Source of the DNA: a virus
Taxonomy: Duplodnaviria > Caudoviricetes
Strand: one strand, 5' to 3'
DNA length: 64,000 bases
IMG/VR virus record: IMGVR_UViG_3300033061_000668
Location: 3,303-67,302 of that record
The stretch's first letter is position 1; each line of letters starts with the position of its first letter. The notes below the pieces were generated by a model that was not told the DNA's origin, ran no database searches, and saw nothing but the letters and a program-made list of their open reading frames with translations. This document shows, one piece after another, positions 7,937 through 17,770 of this stretch. The position numbers and the translations under genes are program-made.

Positions 7937-9241
7937 CTAATTGTGAGTTAGCAAATCACCATCGTTCAACAAATCAATATTCCTAAGTTTTGTTTTTACT
8001 GACTTGCTGACCTCCTCTTCAACCGAGTTGGCTGCAAATAGGATGTATTGTAGCGCGGGAGTTTTAGCTCCCGTGCGGTGAATACGACCGAGAGCCTGTT
8101 TGAGATCCACAGCAGAATAAGTAGGACTAATTAGCGAAACCCTTGGTTTTCCATGAAGATCGTGAAGACTGACCCCCACACCCCCGGCCGCAATTTGGCA
8201 GATGATTAAGTGTGACTTGTTTGCCTGAAAAGAAGCAATTGCTGATTCTCTTTGATCGGTTGTTTGATCGCCAAGAATATAAACTGGTTTGTGTTTTTTC
8301 ATTCTTTCCCCGATGGCGTCGAGTGTTTGCCTAAAGTTTACAAAGCACACAACGCTTTTGCCTTCCTCAATGAACTCCTCTGCCATTTCCGTAATCACAG
8401 GAACTCGGAGCAGTTCAATTTCCTGCCTCATGCGTAAACGTTTAGTGAGAGGATTCTCTGGATCTACGTCAGTACGAGACCGGTCTTTTAACTCCAAAAT
8501 TTCCTCTTCAACTTTCTGGTATAACTCACCAATCTTTGGAGAGATGTCCAGCACCTCGGCGTTTACCTGGTTACTCGGAAACGCATCCCCAAGTTCACTG
8601 ATCCGAATACGAACGCCTTTAGTCGGAAATATCTTGGAGTGAATATCGGTTAGCACACGCTTCCCGCCGCGGAATGTCATGCCACCCCACGGAGCCTTGA
8701 CCACACCGTTTTTGTGTAGCCACCTAAAGTAATTCACTCCGTTGTGAAGCCCGAGAAGTCGCCCAGTAAAACGCATATCCATAGGACTCCCCGCGGCAGT
8801 GGCGGATAGCATGAGAACATTTGCACCAGCCGCGGCCTCAAGCATTGCTCCGTTTTGGGATTTGTAACTCTTGCAACGATGCACTTCGTCAAATATATAA
8901 AGGAAATCTTTCCCCTTGTGTTTCCAGTTCCATTGCTTGTTCGCCAGTTTAGTTATGAATTCTGTATTGCCCATCCGTAGCTTTTCATAATTCAGCACAA
9001 ATTTTGGTTGTAGCCCAAAAGTGCTACACCAACTTTTCCAAGCTGGAAGTACAATCTTGGGAGCTATAATGGCAAATTCAAGGCCAAGTTCTTTTGCTAC
9101 AGCACAAGCCGTAACAGTTTTTCCCGTTCCAGTATCAGAGCAATCCAGCGCGATCGAGTGGTTCCGAATTGCCTGAAGTATAATACTTTTTGATTTCTCC
9201 TGCCACGGACGGAGTTGAACAAGCGTCTGAGTGCTTTTCAC
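7937..9241 (-). CDS. SF2 (SNF2-like) DNA helicase
   Basis: Q motif LRPWQ, TGTGKT, DEVH, LSAT, QALGRIHR. Confidence 0.9.
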   Translation of the reverse strand: MKSTQTLVQLRPWQEKSKSIILQAIRNHSIALDCSDTGTGKTVTACAVAKELGLEFAIIAPKIVLPAWKSWCSTFGLQPKFVLNYEKLRMGNTEFITKLANKQWNWKHKGKDFLYIFDEVHRCKSYKSQNGAMLEAAAGANVLMLSATAAGSPMDMRFTGRLLGLHNGVNYFRWLHKNGVVKAPWGGMTFRGGKRVLTDIHSKIFPTKGVRIRISELGDAFPSNQVNAEVLDISPKIGELYQKVEEEILELKDRSRTDVDPENPLTKRLRMRQEIELLRVPVITEMAEEFIEEGKSVVCFVNFRQTLDAIGERMKKHKPVYILGDQTTDQRESAIASFQANKSHLIICQIAAGGVGVSLHDLHGKPRVSLISPTYSAVDLKQALGRIHRTGAKTPALQYILFAANSVEEEVSKSVKTKLRNIDLLNDGDLLTHN

Positions 9242-9536
9242 GAACTAGTTCAAGCCAATCTTCCGCAGCCATCGTAACAAGCCACGGGCACTTGTTTTTT
9301 CTATGGGCCACCACTGGCACACTCTTGCCACTATCTCGTTTGGCCTGTTCCATAGCTTTGTTAATGTTGAGGGCCTCAACCCGCTTGACTTCAAAGTGAA
9401 ACGGGAGGTTGCTGACAACGTCGGGCGATTCCGGGCTGCCAGAAAATTGCCGACCACGGCGCGCTTCGAAGCCCTTCGCTTTGAGGACATCGCGCCACTC
9501 ACGCTCTCCAACTTTGCCTTTTGTACAACTGTTCAT
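9135..9536 (-). CDS. Holliday junction resolvase (Hjc-like PD-(D/E)XK)
   Basis: KGKVGERE...SPDV...FEVK...AMEQA...PVVAHR...WLV. Confidence 0.8.
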   Translation of the reverse strand: MNSCTKGKVGEREWRDVLKAKGFEARRGRQFSGSPESPDVVSNLPFHFEVKRVEALNINKAMEQAKRDSGKSVPVVAHRKNKCPWLVTMAAEDWLELVREKHSDACSTPSVAGEIKKYYTSGNSEPLDRAGLL

Positions 9537-9565
9537 TTTTTAAGGGTGTATTCATCGTGCTGGCT

Positions 9566-9608
9566 AGGGTGAACTCAAATTGACAACTGTCAAGTGATTA
9601 TGCAGAGT
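9566..9608. promoter_or_regulatory. Divergent promoter pair with palindromic -35 elements (TTGACA-AC-TGTCAA)
   Basis: Minus: TTGACA(9593-9588)-N16-CACCCT(9571-9566). Plus: TTGACA(9580-9585)-N17-CAGAGT(9603-9608). Sits at the replication/morphogenesis divergence. Confidence 0.6.
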
Positions 9609-9614
9609 AGTTCC

Positions 9615-11333
9615 TTGCCTATAGAAAAATATGGAAAGTCCTGGCCAGACGGAGCTGGAGACCTCGACATTGAGTTATTGGCTTTCAAAATGGGATTGAA
9701 GCCTGAAGACGGGGGTTTGGGCAAAGCCCAGCACTTTAAGAATGTAGTAAATCTTCTTTGGCCTTACCACAAAACAAAAAACAAGAATGGTTTCCATTGG
9801 CATCCTTGGGCTGACTGGATGATTGAACGAGCTTGCGAAGAAAACTATTTGGCTATTTCCGGGCCAAAATCTTCGGCGAAAACATCTACCATGGCTATGT
9901 GGGGATTAGTAAATTGGCTTTGCGCCCCGCATGAAACGTTGGTGTTAGTTACAACAACCAGCGTTCGAGAAGCACGAAAACGTTTGTGGGGTTCGATCCG
10001 CGAGCGGTATATGCAAGTCCCAGGATTACCAGGAAAGTTAGTCGATTCGATGGGTAAGATTGTTCTTGATGCCTCTGAATCCGGCGAAGCATCGGATCGT
10101 TCATCAATTACCCTGGTTCCTTCAAGCCCCGACAAAGAGAAAGAAGCTACGGCAAAACTAATCGGGTTAAAAAACAAAAGAGTATTCCTTATTATTGACG
10201 AAGCAACAGACGTAACCAATTCAGTATTTGAGGCCATCTCTAATCTTAACGCAAACCCTCAATTTCAATGCGTGGCTCTTGGTAATTTTAATTCTCAATA
10301 CGATCCTTTCGGAGTTTTCTCTACACCAAAAGACGGGTGGAATTCCGTTACAGTCGACGCAGAAGAGTGGGAAACAAAATCTGGCAAGTGCATTCATTTG
10401 GACGGACTCAAAACCCCGAACATCGAGCATGACGACAAATGGCCTTTCTTGTTAACATCAAAACAAGTTAAGTATGCTATTGACAACGAAGGTGAAAACT
10501 CACTTTCATTCTGGCGATTCATTCGAAGCTTTCCAGCCCCTGTGGGCGCAGAAGAAGGCATTTACTCAGAAGCAGATTTCAGAAAGTATGATGTTACTAA
10601 AGAGCCAAGATGGTCAAACCCTCCGCTTTACTTGGCCGGGTTTGATCCTGCGTTTACAAACGGAGGAGACAGATCTGTACTAGCTATTCTTAAATATGGT
10701 CAGAGTGACGAATCCGGTCCAGCAGTGGCTTTACACAAGTTTCATAGCCTTCGAGAAGACGTAACCAAACCCGAACCTCGCAACTTTCAGATTGCTAAAG
10801 AGGTAATGCGAATTTGCCAGGAAGCCGGGATTCCGCCAGAAAGAGTAGCTATCGACGCCACTGGAGCAGGAGATCCGTTTTGCGACATTTTATCTGAGAT
10901 ATGGTCAAATCGAATTCTTCGAATAAAGTTTGGTGAAAGAGCGTCTACGCTTCCTGTTAGCGTAACTAACCCGATTCGGGGAATTGATAAGTACACTAAC
11001 CGAGTTACAGAACTTTGGTTCTCTGGGGTGGAATACATGAGGTCGGGCCAGTTGAAAGGTATAGTGCCGGATTTAGCCAAAGAGATGACTGGTAGAAAGT
11101 ACAATACTACCGCTGGTGGCAAAGTCACTGTAGAACCAAAACGAGATTACAAACTTCGGTTAGGAAAGTCACCCGACTTGGCGGATGCATTTTTTCTTGG
11201 CCTAGACCTAGCTAGGCAGAAACTTGGTATTTCAGCTGGGTCTATGGTGGGTGGAAAACTACGGTCTACGTGGCAAGAGCAGGCTAGAAAACTAGATAGC
11301 ACTTTGGCGGCATCCTCCTTCTTGTCCGAGTAA
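9615..11333 (+). CDS. terL: Terminase large subunit
   Basis: Walker A GPKSSAKT, Walker B IIDEAT, nuclease GFDPA and SPDLAD; likely leaderless TTG start at 9615 (track start 9594). Confidence 0.92.
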   Translation: MPIEKYGKSWPDGAGDLDIELLAFKMGLKPEDGGLGKAQHFKNVVNLLWPYHKTKNKNGFHWHPWADWMIERACEENYLAISGPKSSAKTSTMAMWGLVNWLCAPHETLVLVTTTSVREARKRLWGSIRERYMQVPGLPGKLVDSMGKIVLDASESGEASDRSSITLVPSSPDKEKEATAKLIGLKNKRVFLIIDEATDVTNSVFEAISNLNANPQFQCVALGNFNSQYDPFGVFSTPKDGWNSVTVDAEEWETKSGKCIHLDGLKTPNIEHDDKWPFLLTSKQVKYAIDNEGENSLSFWRFIRSFPAPVGAEEGIYSEADFRKYDVTKEPRWSNPPLYLAGFDPAFTNGGDRSVLAILKYGQSDESGPAVALHKFHSLREDVTKPEPRNFQIAKEVMRICQEAGIPPERVAIDATGAGDPFCDILSEIWSNRILRIKFGERASTLPVSVTNPIRGIDKYTNRVTELWFSGVEYMRSGQLKGIVPDLAKEMTGRKYNTTAGGKVTVEPKRDYKLRLGKSPDLADAFFLGLDLARQKLGISAGSMVGGKLRSTWQEQARKLDSTLAASSFLSE

Positions 11334-11342
11334 AGATGCTGA

Positions 11343-11371
11343 TTGACAGGAATATTGCCTTCCCGCATACT
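11343..11371 (+). promoter_or_regulatory. Promoter TTGACA-N17-CATACT
   Basis: 10 nt upstream of in-frame GTG 11382. Confidence 0.55.
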
Positions 11372-11381
11372 AGTCGGACTT

Positions 11382-13649
11382 GTGGAACCCAAATATCCAT
11401 CCAACGCATCTCCTAATTCCGATCTTTTAAACCTTTCCGAAGACGGCAAACCGCCGAAAACAAGGATAAGTGACCATAAAGGTTTGTTTGGTTTGTATAA
11501 AAATATTTACTTGGCTGATGAAGCTTCGGCTCGCGATCGGACTCGGATCATGGATATGTTTGACGGAGCGGCTCCGTATGATCCTATTGTACTACGTAGG
11601 TTGGGACAAAGTTACCGCGCTAATTTAAATTTTGGTGAAGCCGCAGCGGATCTTGAAAAAGCCCTTACATCCTATAATGATTTGGTAACTTCTGTCGACA
11701 GACTTGTAAATATCAAGACACGATTTGGAGATGACAGCCAACGTGAAGAATATGCAGCAATTATTGCGGAAGAATTTCACAGACTTCTTTGCAAAGACTG
11801 GTCGGCTTTTTATTTTCGTCAGCAGTTGCTTTCTTATTATTTTATTTCACAAGGATTGGCTGTTGCTTTTTTTGAAGACGAACGTAACTGGCAGTGGAAT
11901 GTATGTCCTATTGGAGATTTCTTAATTCCCCGCGGGACACAAGCCACAGAAGACAAAGTAGAGATTGCTTGCGTTCGTCGCATTTATTTGACGCACGAAT
12001 TATTCCAATATATCGAGAACCCCAAGATTGCCGAACAGGCTGGTTGGAATGTGGAAGCAGTAAGACAAGCTATTAGAGACGCTACCACGACTTATCCCAC
12101 GGACGCCTTTAACTGGGAAGAATTGCAGAGACAGATTAAGGATAACGATTTGTATTTTGCCCACGTAAGAAGTCGCGAAGTACATGTTATTCATTATTAC
12201 GTCCGAGAATTTGACGGGTCGTACTCGCACGCAATTGGGCGTCGTGACGGAAGTGGTGATTTCCTATTTAAGAAAATAAGCAGATTTAAGAGTGCTTCCG
12301 AAGCTTTTCATATCTTTACGTATGGGGTTGGAAATGGTAACTATCATTCTATTCGTGGTCTTGGGTACAAAATTTTCCCCCATATCCAGATGACTAACCG
12401 CTTGCGTTGCGCTATGGCCGACGGAGCTATGTTGCAAACTTCAGTTCTTCTCCAGCCCCAGACTTCGGAAGATATTTCGAAGATGACGATGGCTTATTCC
12501 GGACCACTTTCTTTCTTGCCACCGGGATTAAATGTTGTTCAAACTCAGTACCCTAATCTGGCTGCTAATGTTCAGCCGATTGTAAACGAGATGGCTATGG
12601 TCCGCCAGAGCAACACTGGGTCTTACCGGACTCAGATGAACGCCCCGACTGGCAAACCCCGCACAGCTACCGAAGTTGAAGCTCAGTTGGCGAACGAAGC
12701 AATCCTTACGACCAACGCCATGAACTTGTTTTATGTGCCTTGGGGCAAATTGCTACGCGAACAGTTCCGCAGATTGCAACGGGATACCTGGGTCCCCGGA
12801 GAACCTGGAGCAGATGAAGCCAAGAAGTTTAGAAGCCGCCTTGAAGAGCGTGGAGTCCCATGGGAAGCAGTTAAAGCTGTATATTCTGTCGATGCAGTTA
12901 AGGCAGTTGGGCTTGGGTCTCCCGCCGCTCGTCTTTCGGCGTTCAATGAATTTATGCAGATGTTGCCCAGATTTGACGAGGTTGGTCAGCTCAACGCAGT
13001 TCGCGATCGCGTAGCCGCGCGGGTTGGATACGATCAGGTTGACCGTTACATTCCTAATCCTACTGTCAAGAATCGTATCCCAGCAGATGCCAAAATTGCC
13101 GAGTTGGAAAATGGTGCCATGCAGGCGGGCAGAAAAGTTACCGTCATGCCGAATGAGAATCACGCTATTCATTTAACGATGCATCTTAAAGAAACTCAGC
13201 CTATTGTTCAGGCTGTTCAGAATAACCAGATTCAAGACAAGCAGAATACTATGATGTTCCTTACGCTTGTATACGAACACTCCAACGAACACTTGATTAA
13301 GATTGCTGACGATCCCACAAAACAAGGCGAGATTGGCCAAGCAAAACTTGCTATGAATTTGTTGCGCGAAGCTGTTGTTAATTTACAACGTGACGTTGAA
13401 GAAGATATCCGCAACGCAAACGAACAACAACAGCAGACGGCTTTACAGCAAGGGCAGATCCAAGGTATCTCCCCTCAAATGCAGATGAAGATGCAAGAAC
13501 ATCAGTTGGATATGCAGTTAAAACAAGAAAAAGCACAGATGGATGCTCGATTTAAAGAGGCGGAATTAAAGCAAAAATTAGCTTTACAAGATGCTCAGAC
13601 CGCAGCTAACCTTCGTAGCGCGATGAGCAACACCGCCCAAAAAGCATGA
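11382..13649 (+). CDS. Portal protein
   Basis: About 755 aa directly after terL, helical with a long Gln-rich coiled-coil C-terminus (P22-like barrel); start moved to GTG 11382. Confidence 0.72.
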   Translation: MEPKYPSNASPNSDLLNLSEDGKPPKTRISDHKGLFGLYKNIYLADEASARDRTRIMDMFDGAAPYDPIVLRRLGQSYRANLNFGEAAADLEKALTSYNDLVTSVDRLVNIKTRFGDDSQREEYAAIIAEEFHRLLCKDWSAFYFRQQLLSYYFISQGLAVAFFEDERNWQWNVCPIGDFLIPRGTQATEDKVEIACVRRIYLTHELFQYIENPKIAEQAGWNVEAVRQAIRDATTTYPTDAFNWEELQRQIKDNDLYFAHVRSREVHVIHYYVREFDGSYSHAIGRRDGSGDFLFKKISRFKSASEAFHIFTYGVGNGNYHSIRGLGYKIFPHIQMTNRLRCAMADGAMLQTSVLLQPQTSEDISKMTMAYSGPLSFLPPGLNVVQTQYPNLAANVQPIVNEMAMVRQSNTGSYRTQMNAPTGKPRTATEVEAQLANEAILTTNAMNLFYVPWGKLLREQFRRLQRDTWVPGEPGADEAKKFRSRLEERGVPWEAVKAVYSVDAVKAVGLGSPAARLSAFNEFMQMLPRFDEVGQLNAVRDRVAARVGYDQVDRYIPNPTVKNRIPADAKIAELENGAMQAGRKVTVMPNENHAIHLTMHLKETQPIVQAVQNNQIQDKQNTMMFLTLVYEHSNEHLIKIADDPTKQGEIGQAKLAMNLLREAVVNLQRDVEEDIRNANEQQQQTALQQGQIQGISPQMQMKMQEHQLDMQLKQEKAQMDARFKEAELKQKLALQDAQTAANLRSAMSNTAQKA

Positions 13650-13939
13650 CATTAGAAGAGTGGAATAAAAGAGAAGATTATAAGATTGCCTGGAAATCTT
13701 TTTCAGGATCTGAAGCCGGTAAAGCTCTTTTAAATTTATTGTTTTTTTCAGGAACTCCTGTTCCTTCTATGCCACCAGTAGGAGTTGATTTTATTGATTG
13801 GAACGCCACAGTAAATTCTCGTAGAGAAGGATATTTTGAAGCCCTGAGATTGCTAAAGTCTTTGACTGAAGAAACCAAACAAAAAGATGATCTTCCAGCG
13901 CCCTGGGAGAAACAACTAAACGAAACCATAGAAGAATAA
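13646..13939 (+). CDS. Small protein between portal and scaffold (Bbp19-like)
   Basis: F-GSEAGKALL...REG...L pattern and synteny. Confidence 0.5.
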   Translation: MTLEEWNKREDYKIAWKSFSGSEAGKALLNLLFFSGTPVPSMPPVGVDFIDWNATVNSRREGYFEALRLLKSLTEETKQKDDLPAPWEKQLNETIEE

Positions 13940-13951
13940 GGAAAATAAAAT

Positions 13952-15196
13952 ATGAGCGAAAACGCAACCGCGACACCAGAACCAGCAGCCAAAAATTCTG
14001 CCGGAGCAGATAACTTTGTAAGTTTGGCCGACGCAATTGATTCAGGATTTGATGCTTTGGATAAATCGCCAGCATCAGATACAGTGGCAGAATCTTCTCC
14101 CACAATTTCACAACCAGTTTCTGAAAGAGTTGTAGAGAGACCAATTGAGAAAGCAGTTGAGCCATCTAAAACTGATGCTTCAGCAAATACTAACCCGTTA
14201 GATATTTTAACAAAACGGCTTACTGGAAAAGAAGAAATCAATAAAACCGAAACTATTTCCGACGATTTAGATACAAAAGCTCCCGATAATCTTAAACCCG
14301 AAGCTCAAACTGCATGGGCTCGTTTGACAAAAGATTTGCGTGATGCCCGCGCCAAAATCAAAGAGTTTGAAACAAAGAGTTCTGAAGCTCCTAAGGATTC
14401 CGTTGAACAAATTGACCTTAAAGCTCAACTAGATTCGCTCAAAGAAGAGCGGGATGAGTATGAAAATGAACTTCGATTTGCTCGCCTTGAGTCTACCCGT
14501 GAGTATAAACAGGCAGTGACCGAACCTTTGAACAGCATTCAAAAGGAAGTATCAGATATTGCTGGTTTGTACGAAGGAGTTGACCCTCGCAATATTTACG
14601 CCGCTATGGTTGAGCCAGATGTTGCCAAGCGAAGGGCATTATTGAAAGAAGCAACAGCCTCATTAGACCCAGTAGATTCTCTTTCGATTAGGAATAAAGC
14701 TGAAGAATTGCAGAAAGTCTTTGAGCGCAGGGATTTGCTAACAAAAGATGTACAAACTGTTCTTCAAATGCTTGATAGCGATCAGAAGCAATACATGGAG
14801 AATTTGCAGAAACAATCCCAAGCTGAACTTGAAGTTGCTTACAAAGCGGAATGGGAAAATATTCAAAGAGAAAACGCAATTCTTCGCCCAATTGAAGGAA
14901 ACGAAGCATGGAACAATGCTATTAGCAACATCCAACAAGAGGCAATGAAGATTGAAGATACTGAATTAGACCCAAGGTCTAAAGCCAGATTAACCTTCAA
15001 TGCGGCTGCTATGCCTGTAGTTATGTCAGTATTCCAAGATTATGTATCCAAGGCGCAATCAAGGATTACCGAACTTGAAAAACTCACAAAAGAGTTGAGA
15101 TCTGTATCGCCTTCGGCTGGGGCGGAAAAAGGAAGCGCTCCGGAGATTTCCTCTGATTTGGGATTCTTAGAAGCTTTAGAACGAGGGCTCAAATAA
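13952..15196 (+). CDS. Capsid scaffolding protein
   Basis: Acidic, disordered N-terminus plus coiled coils, directly before the capsid gene. Confidence 0.6.
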   Translation: MSENATATPEPAAKNSAGADNFVSLADAIDSGFDALDKSPASDTVAESSPTISQPVSERVVERPIEKAVEPSKTDASANTNPLDILTKRLTGKEEINKTETISDDLDTKAPDNLKPEAQTAWARLTKDLRDARAKIKEFETKSSEAPKDSVEQIDLKAQLDSLKEERDEYENELRFARLESTREYKQAVTEPLNSIQKEVSDIAGLYEGVDPRNIYAAMVEPDVAKRRALLKEATASLDPVDSLSIRNKAEELQKVFERRDLLTKDVQTVLQMLDSDQKQYMENLQKQSQAELEVAYKAEWENIQRENAILRPIEGNEAWNNAISNIQQEAMKIEDTELDPRSKARLTFNAAAMPVVMSVFQDYVSKAQSRITELEKLTKELRSVSPSAGAEKGSAPEISSDLGFLEALERGLK

Positions 15197-15216
15197 CAAA
15201 TATTTGATAAAAGGTA

Positions 15217-15244
15217 TTGACACGTTCCATCCGGTTGATACTTT
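15217..15244 (+). promoter_or_regulatory. Capsid promoter TTGACA-N16-TACTTT (extended -10 TG)
   Basis: Predicted start about 15251, the first base of the leader hairpin. Confidence 0.65.
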
Positions 15245-15250
15245 TAACTA

Positions 15251-15453
15251 GTTCAGTGCAGGTATAAAGATTGAGATCCTTACTGAACAAGACCTATAAA
15301 GATTGAGACGGTCTAGCAGAATTCGGGCATTAAAAGCTCTGGGATGCCGCCAGGGAAAAGTTTTGAGAAATAATGAGAACGGATAGCCTCGATAGGGGCT
15401 GGCGCAATCATTGTAAATCATAACCTACCCTTTGTGCGAGCAGGGGGAAGGTT
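15251..15453 (+). ncRNA. Structured 5' leader of capsid mRNA with two hairpins carrying identical loops
   Basis: TATAAAGATTGAGA at 15263 and 15295, each closed by a different stem; further hairpins GGCAT/ATGCC, AGCCTC/GGGGCT, AACCT/AGGTT. Confidence 0.6.
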
Positions 15454-15474
15454 GAAAGGAAAATAGAAACTACT

Positions 15475-16869
15475 ATGTCTACTACGTATTCGATTCAGCA
15501 GCTTCTTGTTAAAGAAGCGGGTCGTATCGGACCGGAAATTTATCGCCGGACGATCGACACCTCTGCTTGGCTCAAACTGACCAAGCAGGAACAGTTCCCC
15601 GAGGAGATGGGCGATGTGATCAGTTCGGTCACTTTCGAACGTTTCTACCCCTCTAGCGCACTTGCTTCCTCCGCTGATACCGCCAACGGTTATTCCGTGA
15701 ACGATATCAAATCGGATGCAGGCACTAACTGGAGGGTTCTGGGATCCAATCAGGTCACCCAAAACTACCAGGGATTCAACCCCTACACCCAGGTTACGAG
15801 CACAACCGGCGCTGGCGCCGCTGTTGACTCGAACTCCACTGCCGGTAACGTTCTGCCCGCCGCTCTTAACGGGGTGACGTTTGGCCAGAAACTCCGTCAG
15901 TACTCCCTGGAATGGGCCTCGGTTGACTCCCCTGACATCGCTCTAGAAGACTTGCGCTTCGCAGTGAAACGTCGGGAACAGCTCTCCAACATCATGGATG
16001 TCCTCACTGAGTCGACCTCTTTGATTTGGCAGGACCGTTACCGGAACTTGTACACCAATACGGTTGCCCTCGAAGGAAACCTTGTTTACCCTAGCACCAC
16101 TGCTAACGGTATCATTGCTTCCACTTCGACCAGCTCTGGTGATGCAAAAATTATTTACAACGCCGTAACCGGTGGAGTAGGTACTGCTGCTTCTGGTGCA
16201 ATCACCGCCGCCAACTTGCCTAACAGCCAGTTGACTCAGGGAATCCTGAAACGGCTCTACATGAAACTTATCCGCGACGGCGCGGGAACCAACGCCATGG
16301 GCCGTGAAAACGGAGCCCCGGTGTTCATGTTGATCTGCGGTGCCGAAACCAGCGAAAGCTTGATCCGCTTGAATGCTGACATTCGTCAGGACTTCAGGTG
16401 GGCCAAGCCGAATGAATTGCTCACTCCTCTCGGTATTGAGCGTTCTTACGGTGGCTTCTACCACTCTGTTGATCCGTATCCTCCCCGGTTTGCCGTGTAT
16501 GATACGACTAACGATACGCTTATCCGCGTGTATCCTTTCCGCAAGGAAACGACCACCAAGGGTACTGCGTACAACATTAACCCTGCTTACGAGACTGCGT
16601 CCTACGAGATCAGCTACATCTTCCATCAAGATGTATTCCGTTCCGTGGTTCCGTCTCCTATCAACACCGCCAACAAGATGGCGTTCAACCCCCAGAACTA
16701 CCGTGGTGAGTTCAAATGGGTTAACATCCTTGATCGGCAATACAATCCGGACGGAAATGTCGGATATTTCCGCGGTGTTGTGGCGAGCGGTGCTCGGCCC
16801 GTGTTCCCGCAATATGGCTATGTCATAATGCATAACCGGTCCAGCATCAGCCTTGACTACGTTAGCTAA
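15475..16869 (+). CDS. Major capsid protein
   Basis: 464 aa after scaffold, strongly C-ending codon usage suggesting high expression, own promoter, terminator downstream of next gene. Confidence 0.8.
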   Translation: MSTTYSIQQLLVKEAGRIGPEIYRRTIDTSAWLKLTKQEQFPEEMGDVISSVTFERFYPSSALASSADTANGYSVNDIKSDAGTNWRVLGSNQVTQNYQGFNPYTQVTSTTGAGAAVDSNSTAGNVLPAALNGVTFGQKLRQYSLEWASVDSPDIALEDLRFAVKRREQLSNIMDVLTESTSLIWQDRYRNLYTNTVALEGNLVYPSTTANGIIASTSTSSGDAKIIYNAVTGGVGTAASGAITAANLPNSQLTQGILKRLYMKLIRDGAGTNAMGRENGAPVFMLICGAETSESLIRLNADIRQDFRWAKPNELLTPLGIERSYGGFYHSVDPYPPRFAVYDTTNDTLIRVYPFRKETTTKGTAYNINPAYETASYEISYIFHQDVFRSVVPSPINTANKMAFNPQNYRGEFKWVNILDRQYNPDGNVGYFRGVVASGARPVFPQYGYVIMHNRSSISLDYVS

Positions 16870-16891
16870 TTGAAGAAAGGAGAACTCTAAA

Positions 16892-17206
16892 ATGAGCTTC
16901 CCTCTTCAAACGGCTACGCAGAACAAGGTTCTTGCGGCACAAGTTCGTGGCGTGTTGAATCAGGGCCCCGAATGGGGAACCGCTGGTTCAACGGTTGCGA
17001 CCATTGGAGCTGCTTCGGGTGGTGCTGCCACTACCCTCAGCACTCTTACGGCTGCTTCTGGAACTGTCAGTGCAACATCAACTCTTGTTGATGTCACGGT
17101 CACTCCTACGCAAGCAACAATCAATGCTAACTTCCAGACTTTGGCAACAAAGCTGAACGTTGTATTGAACATGCTGCGTAATTTGAATCTGCCCTCGGAT
17201 CTATAA
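16892..17206 (+). CDS. Head fibre/decoration protein
   Basis: Ala/Thr-rich, ends in INANF..LATKLNVVLNMLR helix; co-transcribed with capsid. Confidence 0.5.
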   Translation: MSFPLQTATQNKVLAAQVRGVLNQGPEWGTAGSTVATIGAASGGAATTLSTLTAASGTVSATSTLVDVTVTPTQATINANFQTLATKLNVVLNMLRNLNLPSDL

Positions 17207-17215
17207 TATCGAATC

Positions 17216-17260
17216 GATCCCCCCAAGGTTCTATCCCTTGGGGGGATCACACTATTTTCT
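17216..17260 (+). terminator. Intrinsic terminator
   Basis: Perfect 13-bp stem GATCCCCCCAAGG/CCTTGGGGGGATC followed by a short T-run. Confidence 0.75.
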
Positions 17261-17277
17261 AAAGAAAGATATCTAAT

Positions 17278-17541
17278 ATGAAAAATATTTCATTTCCAGT
17301 ACCCAAAGGCTTTACACCTCCGTCAGGTGTTAAAGAAGGCGATTCGTTCGACTTCATGGCCAGCGGCTATTTTAAAGGACCAACCATGTATCTCACAGCA
17401 GTTGAAGGTTCAGAAGTCGATGAAGCCGCTTCTGAAGCTAAAGCAGAAAATGCTGCCGAACAATCTTCTGGGAAACCCGAAGTCGAAATGGGAATGGTTG
17501 ATGCCGTTGAAAAAGGAATGTCCAAGAACGAAATGACGTAA
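17278..17541 (+). CDS. Hypothetical protein
   Basis: 87 aa with acidic tail. Confidence 0.6.
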   Translation: MKNISFPVPKGFTPPSGVKEGDSFDFMASGYFKGPTMYLTAVEGSEVDEAASEAKAENAAEQSSGKPEVEMGMVDAVEKGMSKNEMT

Positions 17542-17545
17542 AGCC

Positions 17546-17770
17546 GTGGATAAGCTCATCTTGGCGGTTGTCAAGCAAGCCTGGAACGATCTCCAGGATC
17601 TTGATGCTGGCAAGAAACCCTCCAGGCCAAAAGCCTGTTATGATCGGGAATCGTTCGAACTTTGTTTTGAGCTGTTCTTGCCATTGCTAGGGGTCGAGAG
17701 CTATACTGCAAATAAGATGAGATCACGGTTATACCCCACCCTAGATAGGATATTTAGTCATGGAAAATGA
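17546..17770 (+). CDS. Hypothetical protein
   Basis: 74 aa, GTG start, coupled. Confidence 0.5.
   Translation: MDKLILAVVKQAWNDLQDLDAGKKPSRPKACYDRESFELCFELFLPLLGVESYTANKMRSRLYPTLDRIFSHGK

Noticed and set aside
13678-14241. 187-aa minus-strand ORF and many similar 60-190 aa track ORFs inside long genes
   Set aside because: Shadow frames of the structural and giant genes with no independent signals
15943-16833. 296-aa minus-strand ORF opposite the capsid gene
   Set aside because: Codon-aligned antisense shadow of a biased, highly expressed gene; no promoter, SD or motifs
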